A program made the translations under genes and the position numbers. This document shows positions 1-12,941 of a DNA stretch of 64,000 bases, piece after piece. The notes under the pieces are model-generated. The model worked only from the letters and a program-made list of their open reading frames with translations. It did no database searches and was not told where the DNA came from. Every line of letters begins with the position of its first letter. Position 1 is the stretch's first letter. The stretch lies in assembly GCF_009914755.1 (NCBI RefSeq), contig NC_060942.1. One strand, given 5' to 3'. This DNA is from the human T2T-CHM13v2.0 reference genome, Homo sapiens.

Positions 1-26
1 AACCCTGTGAAAGTGTCAGCCCAGGG

Positions 27-65
27 CAAAAACAAACAAACAAACAAACAAACAAACAAAAAAAC
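27..65 (+). repeat. (CAAA)n tetranucleotide microsatellite
   Basis: Direct read: caaaaacaaacaaacaaacaaacaaacaaacaaaaaaac. Confidence 0.95.
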
Positions 66-794
66 ACCACCACACTGTAAGGAAAAAATGTTTTTAAAAG
101 TTTAAGCAATTTTTCCACAGATCCCAGGGATATGACCGACCGAGAGAAACTTTCTTTAAAACAGTTCTTATAATCACAGTCTTCAGTTGAGCTCCATGGG
201 AAAGGCTTAAATTTAAATTATTACATTGCTGCAAAAACATGAATAGCTGAAAAAGAACTTGTGAAAATGATGCTACTGCAACTAACTGATTGATTATGGA
301 CTGTCATACGAAAATTTTAGCCATAAAAATGGATTTCTTGGACCATTTTAGCACACATCTATTACCAGATAAATGGTAGAAGTGGGACTCATTTCATATC
401 AACATAGAAGGAACAAGTATTTAGGTAAACTGGCCAATAAATCCAGAATACTGGACAAGAAAACAGCTACAGAGGAATAGGTGTTTCTCTAGCAATATAC
501 AACAACTACACATCTTGAGCGCAAAAGCAGCATTCCTTGAACAATATTCCCCTTAATATGCTTATTTCCAACTCATATAATGGATTTGAAATCTAAGTAA
601 AAGTTTGTAAAACTAGAACTTTATTCCTTTATAATTGAAATTAACCCAAACCTCAATTCTCATTTCCAATAATTATGGAAAACTGAGCAACTTGAGTAGA
701 ACTAGTCTCTTTCAGTTTATAACACAGTATCAAAGGAATCAACTCTCTGCCTTTACATTCTCTCTGAAATGAACCATCATTATTCCTTGGGAGT

Positions 795-1780
795 GTAAGA
801 TCTTCATTTTGGTGAAGTTCAATTGATCATTTTTTTATTTTATGTTTTGTTTGCTTGGTGTCATTGCTAAAAAGTTCTTGTCTACTTCAAGGTCATAAAG
901 ATGTTTGCTTATTAAATATGTTTTTTAAATGTGTTTGATTTTTTCAAATGTTTGGTTTTCAAAATATGTTTTATTTTTAATTTTAAAAAGTTTTATGTCT
1001 CAATCTATGATCCAGCTCTAATTAATTTTTGTGTGTGGTGTGAGATTGGGGTCAATGTTCACTTTTTCCTATAAGTTTATCCAACTGGACTTAGAGGCTC
1101 GGAATGGGGAGCATGGCCAGGGGGCTAGTGATAAAAAAAAAAAACAAAAAAACTACACATTAGATACAATGTACACTACTCTGTTGACAGATCTACTAAA
1201 ACCTCAGAGTTCACCGCTGTATAATTTATCTATGTAACAAACCACTTGTACCCAATTGACTATGGGTCAATTGATATGTGGGTTTGCATCTAGATTCTCC
1301 ATTTTGTTTCTTTGTTTTATATATATATAGTTATACATAAAATATATATACATATTTTATGTATAACAAAAAATATATATATACAGATATATATAAGATA
1401 TATATATCTGTTCTTACACAAATACCACATGTTCTTAATTACAGTAGCTTTGTAGTAAGATTTTAAATTAAGTGGTTTAAATACACTGTTATTGTTTCTC
1501 AATATGTGTTATGAGTTATTCTAGGTCTTTGCAATCCTGTATAAATTGTATAATCATCTTTTTATTTTGTAAAAAAAGAATTTAAAGATCTATTAGAATT
1601 TTGTTGAATCTATAAATCAACTACAGGAAATATCTACAATATTGACTCTTCCAATCAATGAACATGGCATATCTCATCATTAGTTTAGCTCTTTAATTCA
1701 TCTAAGGCATATCTTATAGGCTTCGGTGTAGACATCTTACTTCCCTTTTATTATACATAATCCTGACGATGTATTTATTC
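795..1780 (-). mobile_element. Old L1 (L1M-class) ORF2 fragment, interrupted by an L1PB-like piece and an AT-rich tract
   Basis: Minus-strand ORF 1317..1502 reads [21 protein letters not shown], matching L1 ORF2p [20 protein letters not shown]. The plus strand has the antisense L1 motif 'atattgactcttccaatcaatgaacatggcatatct'. Confidence 0.85.
1087..1253 (+). mobile_element. L1PB/L1MA-like 3' UTR fragment with no poly(A) tail
   Basis: 'aactacacattagatacaatgtacactactc...ctactaaaacctcagagttcaccgctgtataatttatctatgtaacaaaccacttgtaccc' resembles the L1PB 3' end. Confidence 0.75.
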
Positions 1781-2234
1781 ATTTATAAATATTTTATATG
1801 TGTACATATATATACATACACATATATAATTTTTTTCTAAATCTTATGAGAGAAATTTGCTGATATGATGCCCCTTTAGTGCTACTTTATTTAGAATGCA
1901 TTTTCTATAGTACAAAGAAATCAAAATATATTGAGAGTATACTTCCTAAATTGCAAATAACTACAAAGTACAAATAATGACAAAGTTAAAATGATGAGTA
2001 CTACCCTTTTATTCTCAAACTTTCATACATTATTTTAACATTTATTGATGATTCTTATCTAAGCACATTATTACCAGGATTTTTAAAAATACTTTCCCCA
2101 AAAGTTCTACTTATCATCTGTTGAAGGATTAGTTCCATATAAACTATTCCACCATTACCAGAACCAGAACCCCCGGATTACCATTTTAAACATGAATTCT
2201 CTTGGTCCAGAATGATTTGTGAAGAAACACATCA

Positions 2235-2520
2235 GTCTGGACATTGTGGCTCACACCTGTAATCCCAGCACTTTAGGAGGTCAAAACAGCAGGAATTGCT
2301 TCAGCCTAGGAGATCAAGACTAGCCTCTGCAGCATGGCAAGACCCCATCTCTACAAAAAAATTCAAAAATTACCCAGGTGTGGTGTCATGTACCAGTGGT
2401 CTCAGCTACTCAGGAGGCTGAGGTGGGAGGATCAGTTGAGCCCAGGCAGTTGACACCGTAGTAAGATGGTTCATGCCACTGCACTCTAGCCTTGGTGATA
2501 GAGTGAGACCCTGGCATGAA
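2235..2520 (+). mobile_element. Alu, AluJ-like, full length
   Basis: Two arms with an A-rich linker. J-type motifs 'ttgcttcagcctaggag' and 'ggtgggaggatcagttgagcccagg', high divergence. Confidence 0.95.
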
Positions 2521-2713
2521 AGAAAAAGAAAAAGAAAAAGGAAAGGAAGGAAAAAGAGAAAGAGAGAGAGAGAAAAAGAGAAAGGCAGAAGGAAAGAAAA
2601 GGAAAGGAAGAGAAAGCAAAAGAGAAAGAGAGGGAGAGAGAGAAGGCAAGGCAAGGCAAGGCAAGGAAAGGAAAGGAAAGGGAAGGGAAGGAAAGGGAAA
2701 AGAAAACAAAGAA
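2519..2713 (+). repeat. Polypurine GA-rich tract with (GGCAA)n/(GGAAA)n, grown from the Alu tail
   Basis: ~195 nt almost purely A/G, directly 3' of the Alu. Confidence 0.95.
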
Positions 2714-2877
2714 TTAAATATGAACATACATAGAGCGGGTTAAATATGAACGTAAATTGAAATACATAAATGAAATATACAACAAAAGTGACAGCTAATT
2801 AGGAGTGTTGTTAAAACAAGAACATAGTTATCGTTTACTATAATGTGTTTTTGCTATTATTATTTGTAATCACTCTG

Positions 2878-3085
2878 CATTGAGTACGCCCTATGTACCT
2901 GCCATTTGGGTATATAAGGGTTTTAAATACGATTGTTATGATTTTATTTGATTCTTATAATAACCCAATAAGGTAAATGTTGCTGAAACCTTTTGACAAA
3001 TGAAGACTCAGGGTTAGAGAATTAGCAATGTCTTGGGTCAAACATCTAAGTGGCAGAGTCAGTATATCAAACTCAGGTTTGATAT
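2878..3085 (-). mobile_element. MIR SINE
   Basis: Reverse of the MIR core: 'attcttataataacccaataaggta...tttgacaaatgaagactcagggttagaga...tggcagagtcagtatatcaaactcagg'. Confidence 0.75.
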
Positions 3086-5254
3086 AATGTAAGAGTATGA
3101 AAGTAACTCACAGCTTAGTTTATTGGACATTCTCAATTTTCTTAAAACTTAAAGCTGGAAGAACCAGTGTTATATTACTAAGGTATCCAGTTAGCTGATT
3201 CCAGGTCACTAAACAGGTAGCTGCATTGGCATTCTGTCTGTGTGGACAGTTTGTTCAAAAAAGGGGCTGAGTGCTATTGTTATGAGAATAAGAAGCCAAC
3301 AGGAAAGATATATCTGAAGGAAAGGACCAGAAAGGAGAAACATTTAAGTGATTAATGTAAATCAAATTCTTTCAAACAAACCCTTCTCTTGAAGGATTAA
3401 TTTTTTTAGAACATAATACATCTTGTCTTCTCCATTGGGCTAGGTCATGCATGCCAGGGGTTAAAAAGACTGTTTTCTGTCTCATCATTCCTTAGATATT
3501 TACTTCTATAATTAGTTCAAGACATTGATGCGAGCCTGACTCATTAAGATAATTGAAGAGGAAAAAATATATTTACACTAGATTTCCAAAGGACTTAGCC
3601 AATGCCTAATTTTATCAAGAACCAATTATATACTTATAGGGCTGGAAATACTGTAATTTATAGACCTTACCACTAAAAGGCTTTCAGTCCAATGGACCTG
3701 ATACAGAAACATTAAATGCTTACTCATATTAAAGAATATAGGAAAATAAGTAACAGTTACCACCTGGAAATATACAGTAAATTAAATGTGTTATACATGC
3801 AAGGAGAGCTAGAAATGAGGAGAAAGCAGGTGCAATGTGGCTTGGAAACATTTCACAGTAGATTTGGCACCACAGTATTGAATAGTTCATCAGCAGCAGT
3901 CATCATTATGTCTAAAACAGAAAAGTTGAAGTGTAACCCACATATATTACAGAAAGTTGGGCTGCCATTTATCCCTTTTTCTGCTAGTCAAGAAAGCACA
4001 CAACAAATTGTACAAAAGTACGATAGTTGTTTTTACAGAAGCAACCCTGAAATGCTGTATTGTGTAAAAGAAATATCATCCATATACCTAAGCATTTAAC
4101 TCTTTTCAGTGACAGTTGACTTATGACACACCTCATAGTTCCTCTACCTGCCACAACATTGTGGTTAAGAACAGCTGGCCTAATGACCTCTAACAATTCT
4201 TCTACTTTGAGCATTCCCTAAATCTTAGATCAAATGTTGATTAGAAGTTTGATTCTATGAACATGCCATGTAAAGTCATTTATATAGAGAATAGTTGAGA
4301 CAGACTTCACTATTGCCTTTTAGAATTGAGCATTCATTAGCTCATGAAGGCATTTGAAAATTGAAGAATTTCTTGGTAGTAAAATGAAAACAGAAATTGT
4401 TATCAAGAGAGGAAACGAAAAGATTGCCAGAATCTTAGAAGTCCCTCCTTGTAGACAGGATCTCTTGGGCTAGGATCACAGCTCAGAGAAATGAAGGATA
4501 CCAGACTAAGCTCAGCCTCTTTGTCCAACATGGTAAACCACAAAAGAGTGATAACAATATGCCCCTAGATAAAAGAATCAGCTATGGTGTTCCCCATGAA
4601 CAGTATGATAGTGACAGTGAGAGTTATGTGGGATGGAACTGGTGAGGGAGAAGAATCATAAGGTATATAGCCCCAGAAAGGCTATTTTCTGTTCAAGCTT
4701 CAACTACAGTTCTGCAACCATGAATATTAAATTCTTTATGACAAAGGTAACCATTACATTAAGGAAACAAGATGTACAAAGTGTAATTGGAAGTCAACGT
4801 ACTTTTTTCTCTACCATCCCCAGCCCCACCCTCACTCCATCACTCTCATCCAGTCTCTCTAAATCTGGGGGAAGGGGATTTACTGATTATTCTTATGTTA
4901 TAAAAATTATACAACACAAAATAGTCTGCATAATTAAAATCCCCAATCTCATATTAAAAAAAAAACCTCAAAACTGGCTTTAAAATGAAAACTTTCCCTT
5001 CCATTTCAGAGTGCTGCACACATGAATCTTGAAGTTGAGGAAGCAGATGTGATCAGCTTCTTTAGTTTTGCAGTGGGCCCCCTCAAACCTCTTCTCACTT
5101 AGCTCAAGTGGAGAGACACCAACACCTATCTCGAAAAATTTACCCTCAAATCATCAACTCCCAAATCTTTTGTAATTTTTGCATGTGTGGGAGGATTAAG
5201 AATTGTGCAATTAATTGGTTTTTGACAATTTAAAAATTTTGCATCCTCTGTCAC

Positions 5255-5485
5255 CTAATGTCTATTGAATATTTGTGTTGTGCATACACTGTGTTAGTTC
5301 AATGTATCTAAGAGACAGGAGGCAGATATTCTCTTCAGGATGAGTGCCATAAAAGTGAAACAAAAATTTCACCAGAGAAGATCAGTGGTCACTGGGACTG
5401 TCTGGAAAGTTTTCAGAGAGGGCATGATATATGTGTTGTAACTTAAGAGAGATGGATGGATTTCCAACAGGCAGAAGTGAGGGAT
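5255..5485 (-). mobile_element. L2 3' fragment
   Basis: 'tattgaatatttgtgttgtgcatacactgtgttag...ggaaagttttcagagagggcatgatat' resembles the antisense L2 3' end. Confidence 0.6.
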
Positions 5486-5659
5486 AAATTTCTTCATATT
5501 TACTGAAAAAAGTATAACTATAATCAATTGGTCAAATTGTAAAGGTGCCAGATTAAAAAAAAATGTTTACTTGTACTCTATGGAATGTATTTAATTTCGT
5601 ACATTTTACTATATGTCTGTCTGATTCAATTGATCTATAAGTTGTTAAGAAGATAGCAA

Positions 5660-6130
5660 CTGAATTGGGTATTTGCCTTTTTGGGCTACTCAGTATTGGA
5701 ACTCACTCCCTTGGAGGACAGATATGTTTTCCCTAACTCCTGGCAGCTAGACAACAGGCACTTCATTGAAACTCAATCAATTGCATATTTTCCCTGGGAC
5801 TTTAATTGGGAGCAAATAAAGCAAAGACACAGGAAGCAAATTGGAATGCCTCTAACTGTGGTGACGGCATGCATCTCCCAGCAACCATGTCAGTGGTGAC
5901 TTCTAATACCCAGACCTAGTATTGTAGGTCAGATTCTTTTTGTAGCATCTTCTTAGATGTAATTCAGGCACACACACTAGCCTACTTCAGCTTCTGCTCA
6001 TTTTCTGAGGCCAGTTCTTTACTCTTCCCAATTATTCTTGGAGTTATCCAGTATTCTTCCAATAAATTCCTTTTCTGCTTAATTTATTCAGGCTTTGTCT
6101 CTGTTGTTTGCGACCAAGGACCCTGACTAA
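5660..6130 (+). mobile_element. ERVL-class solo LTR (LTR33/LTR16-like)
   Basis: Typical 3' end 'aataaattccttttctgcttaatttattcaggctttgtctctgttgtttgcgaccaaggaccctgactaa'. Confidence 0.7.
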
Positions 6131-6799
6131 AAAAATGTGTCTTTTTTTCTTGTTCTCTTTTATTGACATAATAAGCACTCAATCGTTGGCCTGAATGGAA
6201 TTGAAATGTCCGTTGCCAGATTTTGAAAGGCTTTAAGTTTTAAGTTGACGATTTTGTCTTTTATGCAAAGGACTGGTGTGAAAAAAATTTTGCTAATGTC
6301 ATTCTCAGTATTCTCCCTCTTAAAATCTCACCTATTTCCATGGGTTCTAAGGTTATAGTTCACATTTCAACTTCTTCATGAATATTTTCATTTGGATACA
6401 CTGCCAGCACTTCAAGCATATCATTTAACAATTAAAATTTTTAATTTATATCCCAAATCAGTTCCTTTTTTAAACTTCCTTATTTTTCTTAACTTTATAA
6501 CAAGGTTCACAGCCTTGGATATCCCCGCACACACCCACCCCCTCCCCGCCCCTCCCTACACACATACTTTGACTCCTTTTTCTCCTCGTGGCCTCTCACC
6601 AATTCCAACTAAATTATAGCTCAGGAACTTATTAATATCACTAAAATCCTAGGTTGGAATGTCAGTCTCCTTGACTTTACAATTCTTATATTCTTTTGGC
6701 AATTATTCTTTCTAGGTTGCCCTAGGGGGATGTCCAGAAGTGATTAGGTAAAAGCAAAAGTAACTAAAGAGAAGGACTTAGGCTAATAGTACACATCTA

Positions 6800-7010
6800 T
6801 CAAGAAGGATTAGAACTGACCATGAGAAGAGACAACTTGAATTTCAAAGATGACCTGGAAAAAGAGATCTCAGTAGAGTTGTGGTAATGAATATGAGACA
6901 GTAAGTGTTTGTAAAAGGGTGGGATGAAAGTTGGGTCTGTAAAAGCAGATAGTTTCTTGAGAACATGAAGAGAAAGCAATAGCAGGAAGGGGCAATAGGT
7001 GTGGGAGAAA
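6800..7010 (-). mobile_element. L2 ORF2 (RT) fragment
   Basis: Minus ORF 6800..7069 contains HYHNSTEISFSRSS, resembling the L2/CR1-clade RT motif HHSTETALxKVTND. Confidence 0.65.
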
Positions 7011-7039
7011 GCTGTACATATGTAGTTATTACAAAACAT

Positions 7040-7260
7040 GACAATTAGAACCAAACGGCCTAGATTCACATCTCAGAGCCATTATATCCCACCAGTTCCC
7101 TGACCTTAGGCATTCAAATATTACCTCTCCCTGCCTCCATTTCTTCGTCTCTAAAATGCAGCTAATAGTATCTGTCCCAGTGACGATTAAACGAGTCTGT
7201 ACATCTAAAGCACTTCTGAGAGAGCCAGTAAATCAGTAAGACATCAGCAAGCATTAGTTC
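7040..7260 (+). mobile_element. MIR SINE
   Basis: 'tgaccttaggcattc...cctccatttcttcgtctctaaaatgcagctaatagta...gattaaacgagtctgtacatctaaagcactt'. Confidence 0.8.
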
Positions 7261-10200
7261 CAAAGGGTAATTTCCTTCTTTTTTCCACATTATGAAAGAC
7301 AAAAGCTTATTTAAAGACATATGTTTTTAAATAAGAAGATAAGTTTTAAAATGGAAAAGAGAGAAGAAAATCTAGCAGAGGTAGATCTGTGAGACAGGGA
7401 GAGGACAATACGTACCAGGATTTATAAGCTTGGCCTTTCACACAGAGATGACTCGTTGGGCAGGGAGGAAAGCAGCTCAGAGAATATTTCCATAATTCTT
7501 CAGTGAACAGGAGGATGTGATGAACAAGTTGTACTGAGCAATCCACGTGTTGTTCTGCACTGGGAGAGGGAGAAGGGGACTGTCTAGGGGCTGAACTGCA
7601 GAGAGAAGGATTTTTACGAACTTTGCTGGGATATGTAGTAACCACTTTGGTCTCATCCCAAGTAAGAGAGACTTTGCTGCTGATCTTACTCCTGGACCAG
7701 ACATCTTTTCAGCATTTAGGTCCTCCCCAGTCCATAAATGCAATAGGCATGCCAACTCATCAGATCCAGAAAATGAGCTGCCATAACTTGACACTTGTCC
7801 CTTTTTGTCAAATGTATAGTACACACTGTGTAGTTAACAGAGGGAGAGGATAAGGGGTAAGTTTTAAACATACATTTACATGGCTTTACTTTCTAGAAAA
7901 TGTCTCACATAATTTTTATTTAAAACCTATGGGGCTTTCCTCAATGTGGTTTGGAAACACTTATGCATCTCTGATAGGTATGTATGTTGGAGAATTACAT
8001 CACATTACACACAGATGTATCCTTTGTCTGCTCTGGGGCCATCCCACCAAGGAACCATGCCAAGAAACTTCTGAGAAGCAGACAGGCCATGGGCCTTTAA
8101 AGGAGGGGTGCTGTTTCCTCTTGTTCATTCCTAGTCCACAAGTTAGACTCAAGTCTTCTGTGGGTCTGGGGACCATTTCAGTTCCCAATGTCAGCGTCTT
8201 AGCCACCACTCATTCTTCTGTAGAGAGGGGCTGCTGAAATGATGGAAATCCAAAAACACTAAAAACAATGCCTTATGAGTGAGAAAACTTATAACCTCTT
8301 AGCAAGCTTTGGCATCTCTCTATCTCATTTCCTTCTAACAATAATCCAGCTGGTTGGGAGAGATAGATATCATAAGCCCCATTTTATAAATAAATAACTG
8401 AGGCACAGAAACTCATAAGTAAATCCTCTCATGATTTCCATCATGCTTTATCACAATCCCTGTGAACTCAGTTTCTACTTCTACAATCAAAACACAACAG
8501 GAAAATTCACTACCTACTAAAATATCTTGACAACTATACAGGCAGGGATTGTAACTGAATAATCTCTGTATTCTCAGCATCTAACCCAATACCTGGCATG
8601 GGATACTCACTCGATGAGATATCAAATATCTAAATATATCAAACTAAACCGAATGAAGTACTATATTATCTACTTCCTTGAGCTGTTCTTGTTATTCTCA
8701 CCTTTGCTGAAATGAACAGACTCAATTTCACTGTATTATATAAACCCAAGGGCTACCAAGAGAAATATTGACCCAACAGTAATAATAGGTAACTTTATTT
8801 CAAAAACTTATTCATTCCCTGACTAAGTCTACAACTATTTCTCTAAGGATGGGTAAAATACACAGAATATATTCCCTTTACAGATTTCCCCAAGAATAGG
8901 AATCATGTCATCTACTTCTTTCTGTATCTCAACACATTGCACAAACTTCTGCAAATATTTAGGACAAAAGAAGTTTCAGACAACTGTATTTGGGATTCTG
9001 AACACTATTCTCCTAATGATATAGAATTCAATCAAATCATAAAACTATAAATAATTTCTGGGCAAAGAAAATGAGCACGGTTTTGCACTGCGTTCTATAT
9101 GAGATACAAGATCTTTATACAAAGTATTTTCTCTCGGTGCGCTTACTTGTTAAATCATGTTAAAAAATAAAAGATGAAAAAATAAGTACAGGTATGGCTT
9201 AAAAAGATTATAGGAGTTCAGGAAAAAAAGATTCACATAGTACATTAGTCAGGTCTTCATTGAAAAGGTGAAGCTTGAGACTCATCAAAAAGGATGCTAC
9301 ATCAAGGCTATTGCCCTCAAGCTACATTCCTTATCAGCCATCTGCAGCCTGGAGGTGTACATCCCCTGATTGAGGTGATAAGCCTGGGCTTATATGATGG
9401 CAGATAGGATTGTTTTGCACAACATAGCTCCATCTTCAGATTTCTTATTTGGTGGTAAATTTCTGCTTTTGTTTGCATTTTTGTTTTGTGAAAACCCTCC
9501 ATCAACATCACCATCTGAGTCCGATAATCAAGATATAAAAAGGAAATGATTTTAAATATATGAAGATTTAATTAAGAGCACCCAAGCCTGTCAAGGTGAA
9601 AGTGACCACAGAAAGTGATTAGGAGGGCCATAGTGACACAAACTCAAAAAAGCCTATCACATACTCACACAAAAACTACACAGACCCATGGCATCCAGAC
9701 ACACAAACTCACACACACAAACCAATGCATGCATATAAATACTCCAAAGCCAACCTGTTTGCCATTCTTGTGCAAGGTGGGAAACTGCAATATCCCCTAA
9801 AAAGTTAATGTTTCTCATTAGAAAATCTCTTATTTCACTTCAACCTAGTTTCAGATTTTTGTCTCTAAGGTCACTAAGGGTCTCAGCTTAAAGTCATTTC
9901 TCCAATTGTTTGTGGCATCTTTTTTTTTTTATTCTTCCCCCTCTTCCTATTAGCAGTCAATTAACTGTAAATTAGAAAATATTGTTACATTTGAATTATT
10001 TTGAGCAAATGCAAACACACTATAGAGATTGACAATTCACCCATAATTATCACATTAAACATTTTTTTTGCAAATTTCAGAGCTACAAAAGTACTAATTA
10101 GGGAGATTTGATGTTTTTAGTGATCTCAGGTATTTAAGGGAACAACACATGCATATGGGGCTGTAGATACTCTAATTCTTTCTTGGTTCTCTCAGTTATA

Positions 10201-10729
10201 AAAGCTTAACCTTTATAATAAGTTCTCCTCTTAACCATAAACTTGAGAAACAGAAGAAAATCCACTACTAGGAACATCCTTCACCACCACACAAGCTCAG
10301 TTTCCAGGGGCCAAAACAAAAGGCACATTATATATCTTCAGCTGCATGGCCCAAAGGTACCTGACTGGAACTGGGAGCCCCTCCAGCCCAGTCAGAAGGA
10401 AAATATTACCCTTCTATTTAACAAGGCAGTGCTGAAGGATTAATCATTAAATAAATAGCAACAAGCCAGGAGATTTACAGGAGGGACAGAACCCCACCCG
10501 GTGTTCTCAATTTTTCTGGGATTCAGGATGGAAATTATTACAAGAATAGTTTGGAAGGGGCTTCACTAACAATCACCTTCCAAGGCAAGATGGAACAATG
10601 CGTGCAACCTCAAGTAGGACCCAGACAAGAGGGAAGTTCATCACCCAAGCCCTCTGGGGAGCATAGGTTCCTTTTGTCTAACAGCTGGCATCCATGCACA
10701 GGATTGATCAAACCTGGAGAATGTGCAAA

Positions 10730-10830
10730 GCCTGGCCATGTGTTGCTGTGTGACTTTAAGCAAGTCATTTAACCTTTTTGGACTTTGTCTTTCTCAATTT
10801 GAAGCGGATATGCTACCCATATTATAAAGT
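10730..10830 (+). mobile_element. MIR fragment
   Basis: 'gctgtgtgactttaagcaagtcatttaacctttttggactttgtctttctcaatttgaa' is the MIR core. Confidence 0.65.
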
Positions 10831-12467
10831 ACACCATAACTAGTCATACATAGGAAATAAAAATCTTGTCACTTGGGTTGTTTATGTCTCTTCAGGCCTC
10901 CCTCCTACAAGGACAGATCCAAATAAGTCCTGACTCTCTTTAGAAAAAATATTTCTGTAATCTGAGCCAGGAGACCAGAAGCATTTGTCTCAACAAAATG
11001 GGGCATATGCCTTCTCTTAGAAAGTAGATCACAATTCTAAGAATGCTTCATGAATGACCTCACCTTTGGGTTGTAACATGTTTGGTCTATTCTATGTGAC
11101 TAGATGGTGTTGAAAAGATATAGACATTTCATGAAATATGTTATCTCAAAAGTACATCCCTATTAAAAGAGATTGAACAAGAGTCTTTATCTGTGATTAG
11201 ATTTATTCTGTCTCCTGTTATAATTTGTATGTATGAACTCAACAAAAAATATTTACCAGACATCTAAAGTGTGCTAAAACCAGTGTTCAATGTTCAATAA
11301 AATGTAAGAAAATGATGGGACACAATCTCTGTATATATGGCAATTCATAATACAGTCAGGATATAGTAAGAAGAGAAAAAGATAGCACAAATAAAATATG
11401 TAAATAAAAATATAAGCAGCATTTGGAAGGAGACATGAAAGCTTCATTTCCACTGTAGCTGGGACAGACCTGTGATGTTGTTTTCCTGAGTCCAGGGTGA
11501 CCTGGCAGGAAAGGGCAGTGATGATAGCTCCTGGGTGGTGGCACCCTGGTATTGTGCTAGGGGCCAAGCTGCCAAAGAGCATCACTTGGGGTGTCAAGCA
11601 GGTAGTAAAGTAGATTTAGACATGTACAGGGACTCATTTCCTCAAGAATGCATTGGAAGGTCAGGTGAGCCAAGCCACAGACTATGGCTTGATCTGCAAT
11701 CCCAGGCTTCAATCCTGTGCTCCAGATCAGAGAAGGCCTGATGGAGAGTTATCACAAGGGGTCCTTGCTATGAAGTACCCATCAAGAGGACTTCTCACTG
11801 TTTTTGAAAGTTTCTGAGGTCTCCTTTGCACAATGTCAACTGTTTAATGTGTAACTAAATTGCCATAGCATGGTGAAAGACAATATCTTTAATGGTACGC
11901 GGGTACAGCACAGCCCATAACAATATCATCCCTATGAGCATCAGAAAAAGAAAGGGGTAGGTGTTCTCTGTCACTGAGAAACTCTACTTCAGGTTTATGA
12001 AAGGGGCACTATAGTAGTCCCAAACTCTGTACAATCTACATCATGGCAGGGATGATAAATGATAATTCTCCAAGATTGGAGAAAAAAGAAAGAGGACAGA
12101 TTGTGCTGAAGGGTCTGATCTCAAAGGGCAGACCAATAAGAATCCACTTTAGTTGACTCTCCCTCCATGCTCAACCTCTATGCTTTGGACAAGAATAGCC
12201 TCATTTTTTCTATCCTCATGGACTTCGGTGTCTCCATTTCCTCCCTCTTTTGACTCTGCTTGTTGTGAGAGCAAAGAATCTTCCTGAATGGGGTGGATGG
12301 TATGGGAAAGAAACCAAGCATTGTTGATTAGGGATTTTCATGATGATTAACAAAACAACAACAAAAATCAAACAAAGGAAATTCAAGGAAGTTGTTATAT
12401 GAATATTATTATATGAATGACAGAATGTGATTAAGTGTTCAATGAGAAGATTAAATAATGCGTTTTC

Positions 12468-12941
12468 TGTATGTTTATTGTGGCACTATTCACAATAGCA
12501 AAGGCTTGGAACCAACCCAAATGTCCATCAATGATAGACTACATTAAGAAGATGTGGCACATATACACCGTGGAATACTATGCAGCCATAAAAAAGGATG
12601 AGTTCATGTCCTTTGTGGGGACATGGATGAAGCTGGAAACCATCATTCTCAGCAAACTATTGCAAGGACAAAAAACCAGACATCACATGTTCTCACTTAT
12701 AGGTGGGAATTGAACAATGAGAACACTTGGACACAGGAACGGGAACATCACACACCGGGGCCTGTCATGGGGTGGGGGCAGGGGGGAAGGATAGCATTAG
12801 GAGATATACCTAATGTAAATGACGAGTTAATGGGTGCAGCACACCAACATGGTGCATATATACATATGTAACAAACCTGCACATTGTGCACATGTACCCT
12901 AGAACTTAAAGTATAAAAAAAAATTACCAAAAAAAAAAAAT
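12468..12941 (+). mobile_element. 5'-truncated L1PA (L1PA4/5-like): ORF2 C-terminus, 3' UTR and poly(A), with a 14-bp TSD
   Basis: ORF 12471..12713 MFIVALFTIAKAWNQPKCPSMIDYIKKMWHIYT...SLIGGN is the L1 ORF2p end. TSD aataatgcgt[t/g]ttc at 12454-12467 and 12942-12955. Confidence 0.97.

Noticed and set aside
2406-2743. K/R/E-rich and F/L/S-rich ORFs resembling nuclear or membrane proteins
   Set aside because: They are translations of the Alu end and the GA-rich tract.
3716-4099. 127-aa ORF, one of the longest in non-repeat sequence
   Set aside because: No recognisable domain, promoter or exon context. The length is compatible with chance in 64 kb over six frames.
12471-12713. ORF with clear protein homology (L1 ORF2p C-terminus)
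   Set aside because: It is part of a 5'-truncated L1 with no promoter, so not a gene.
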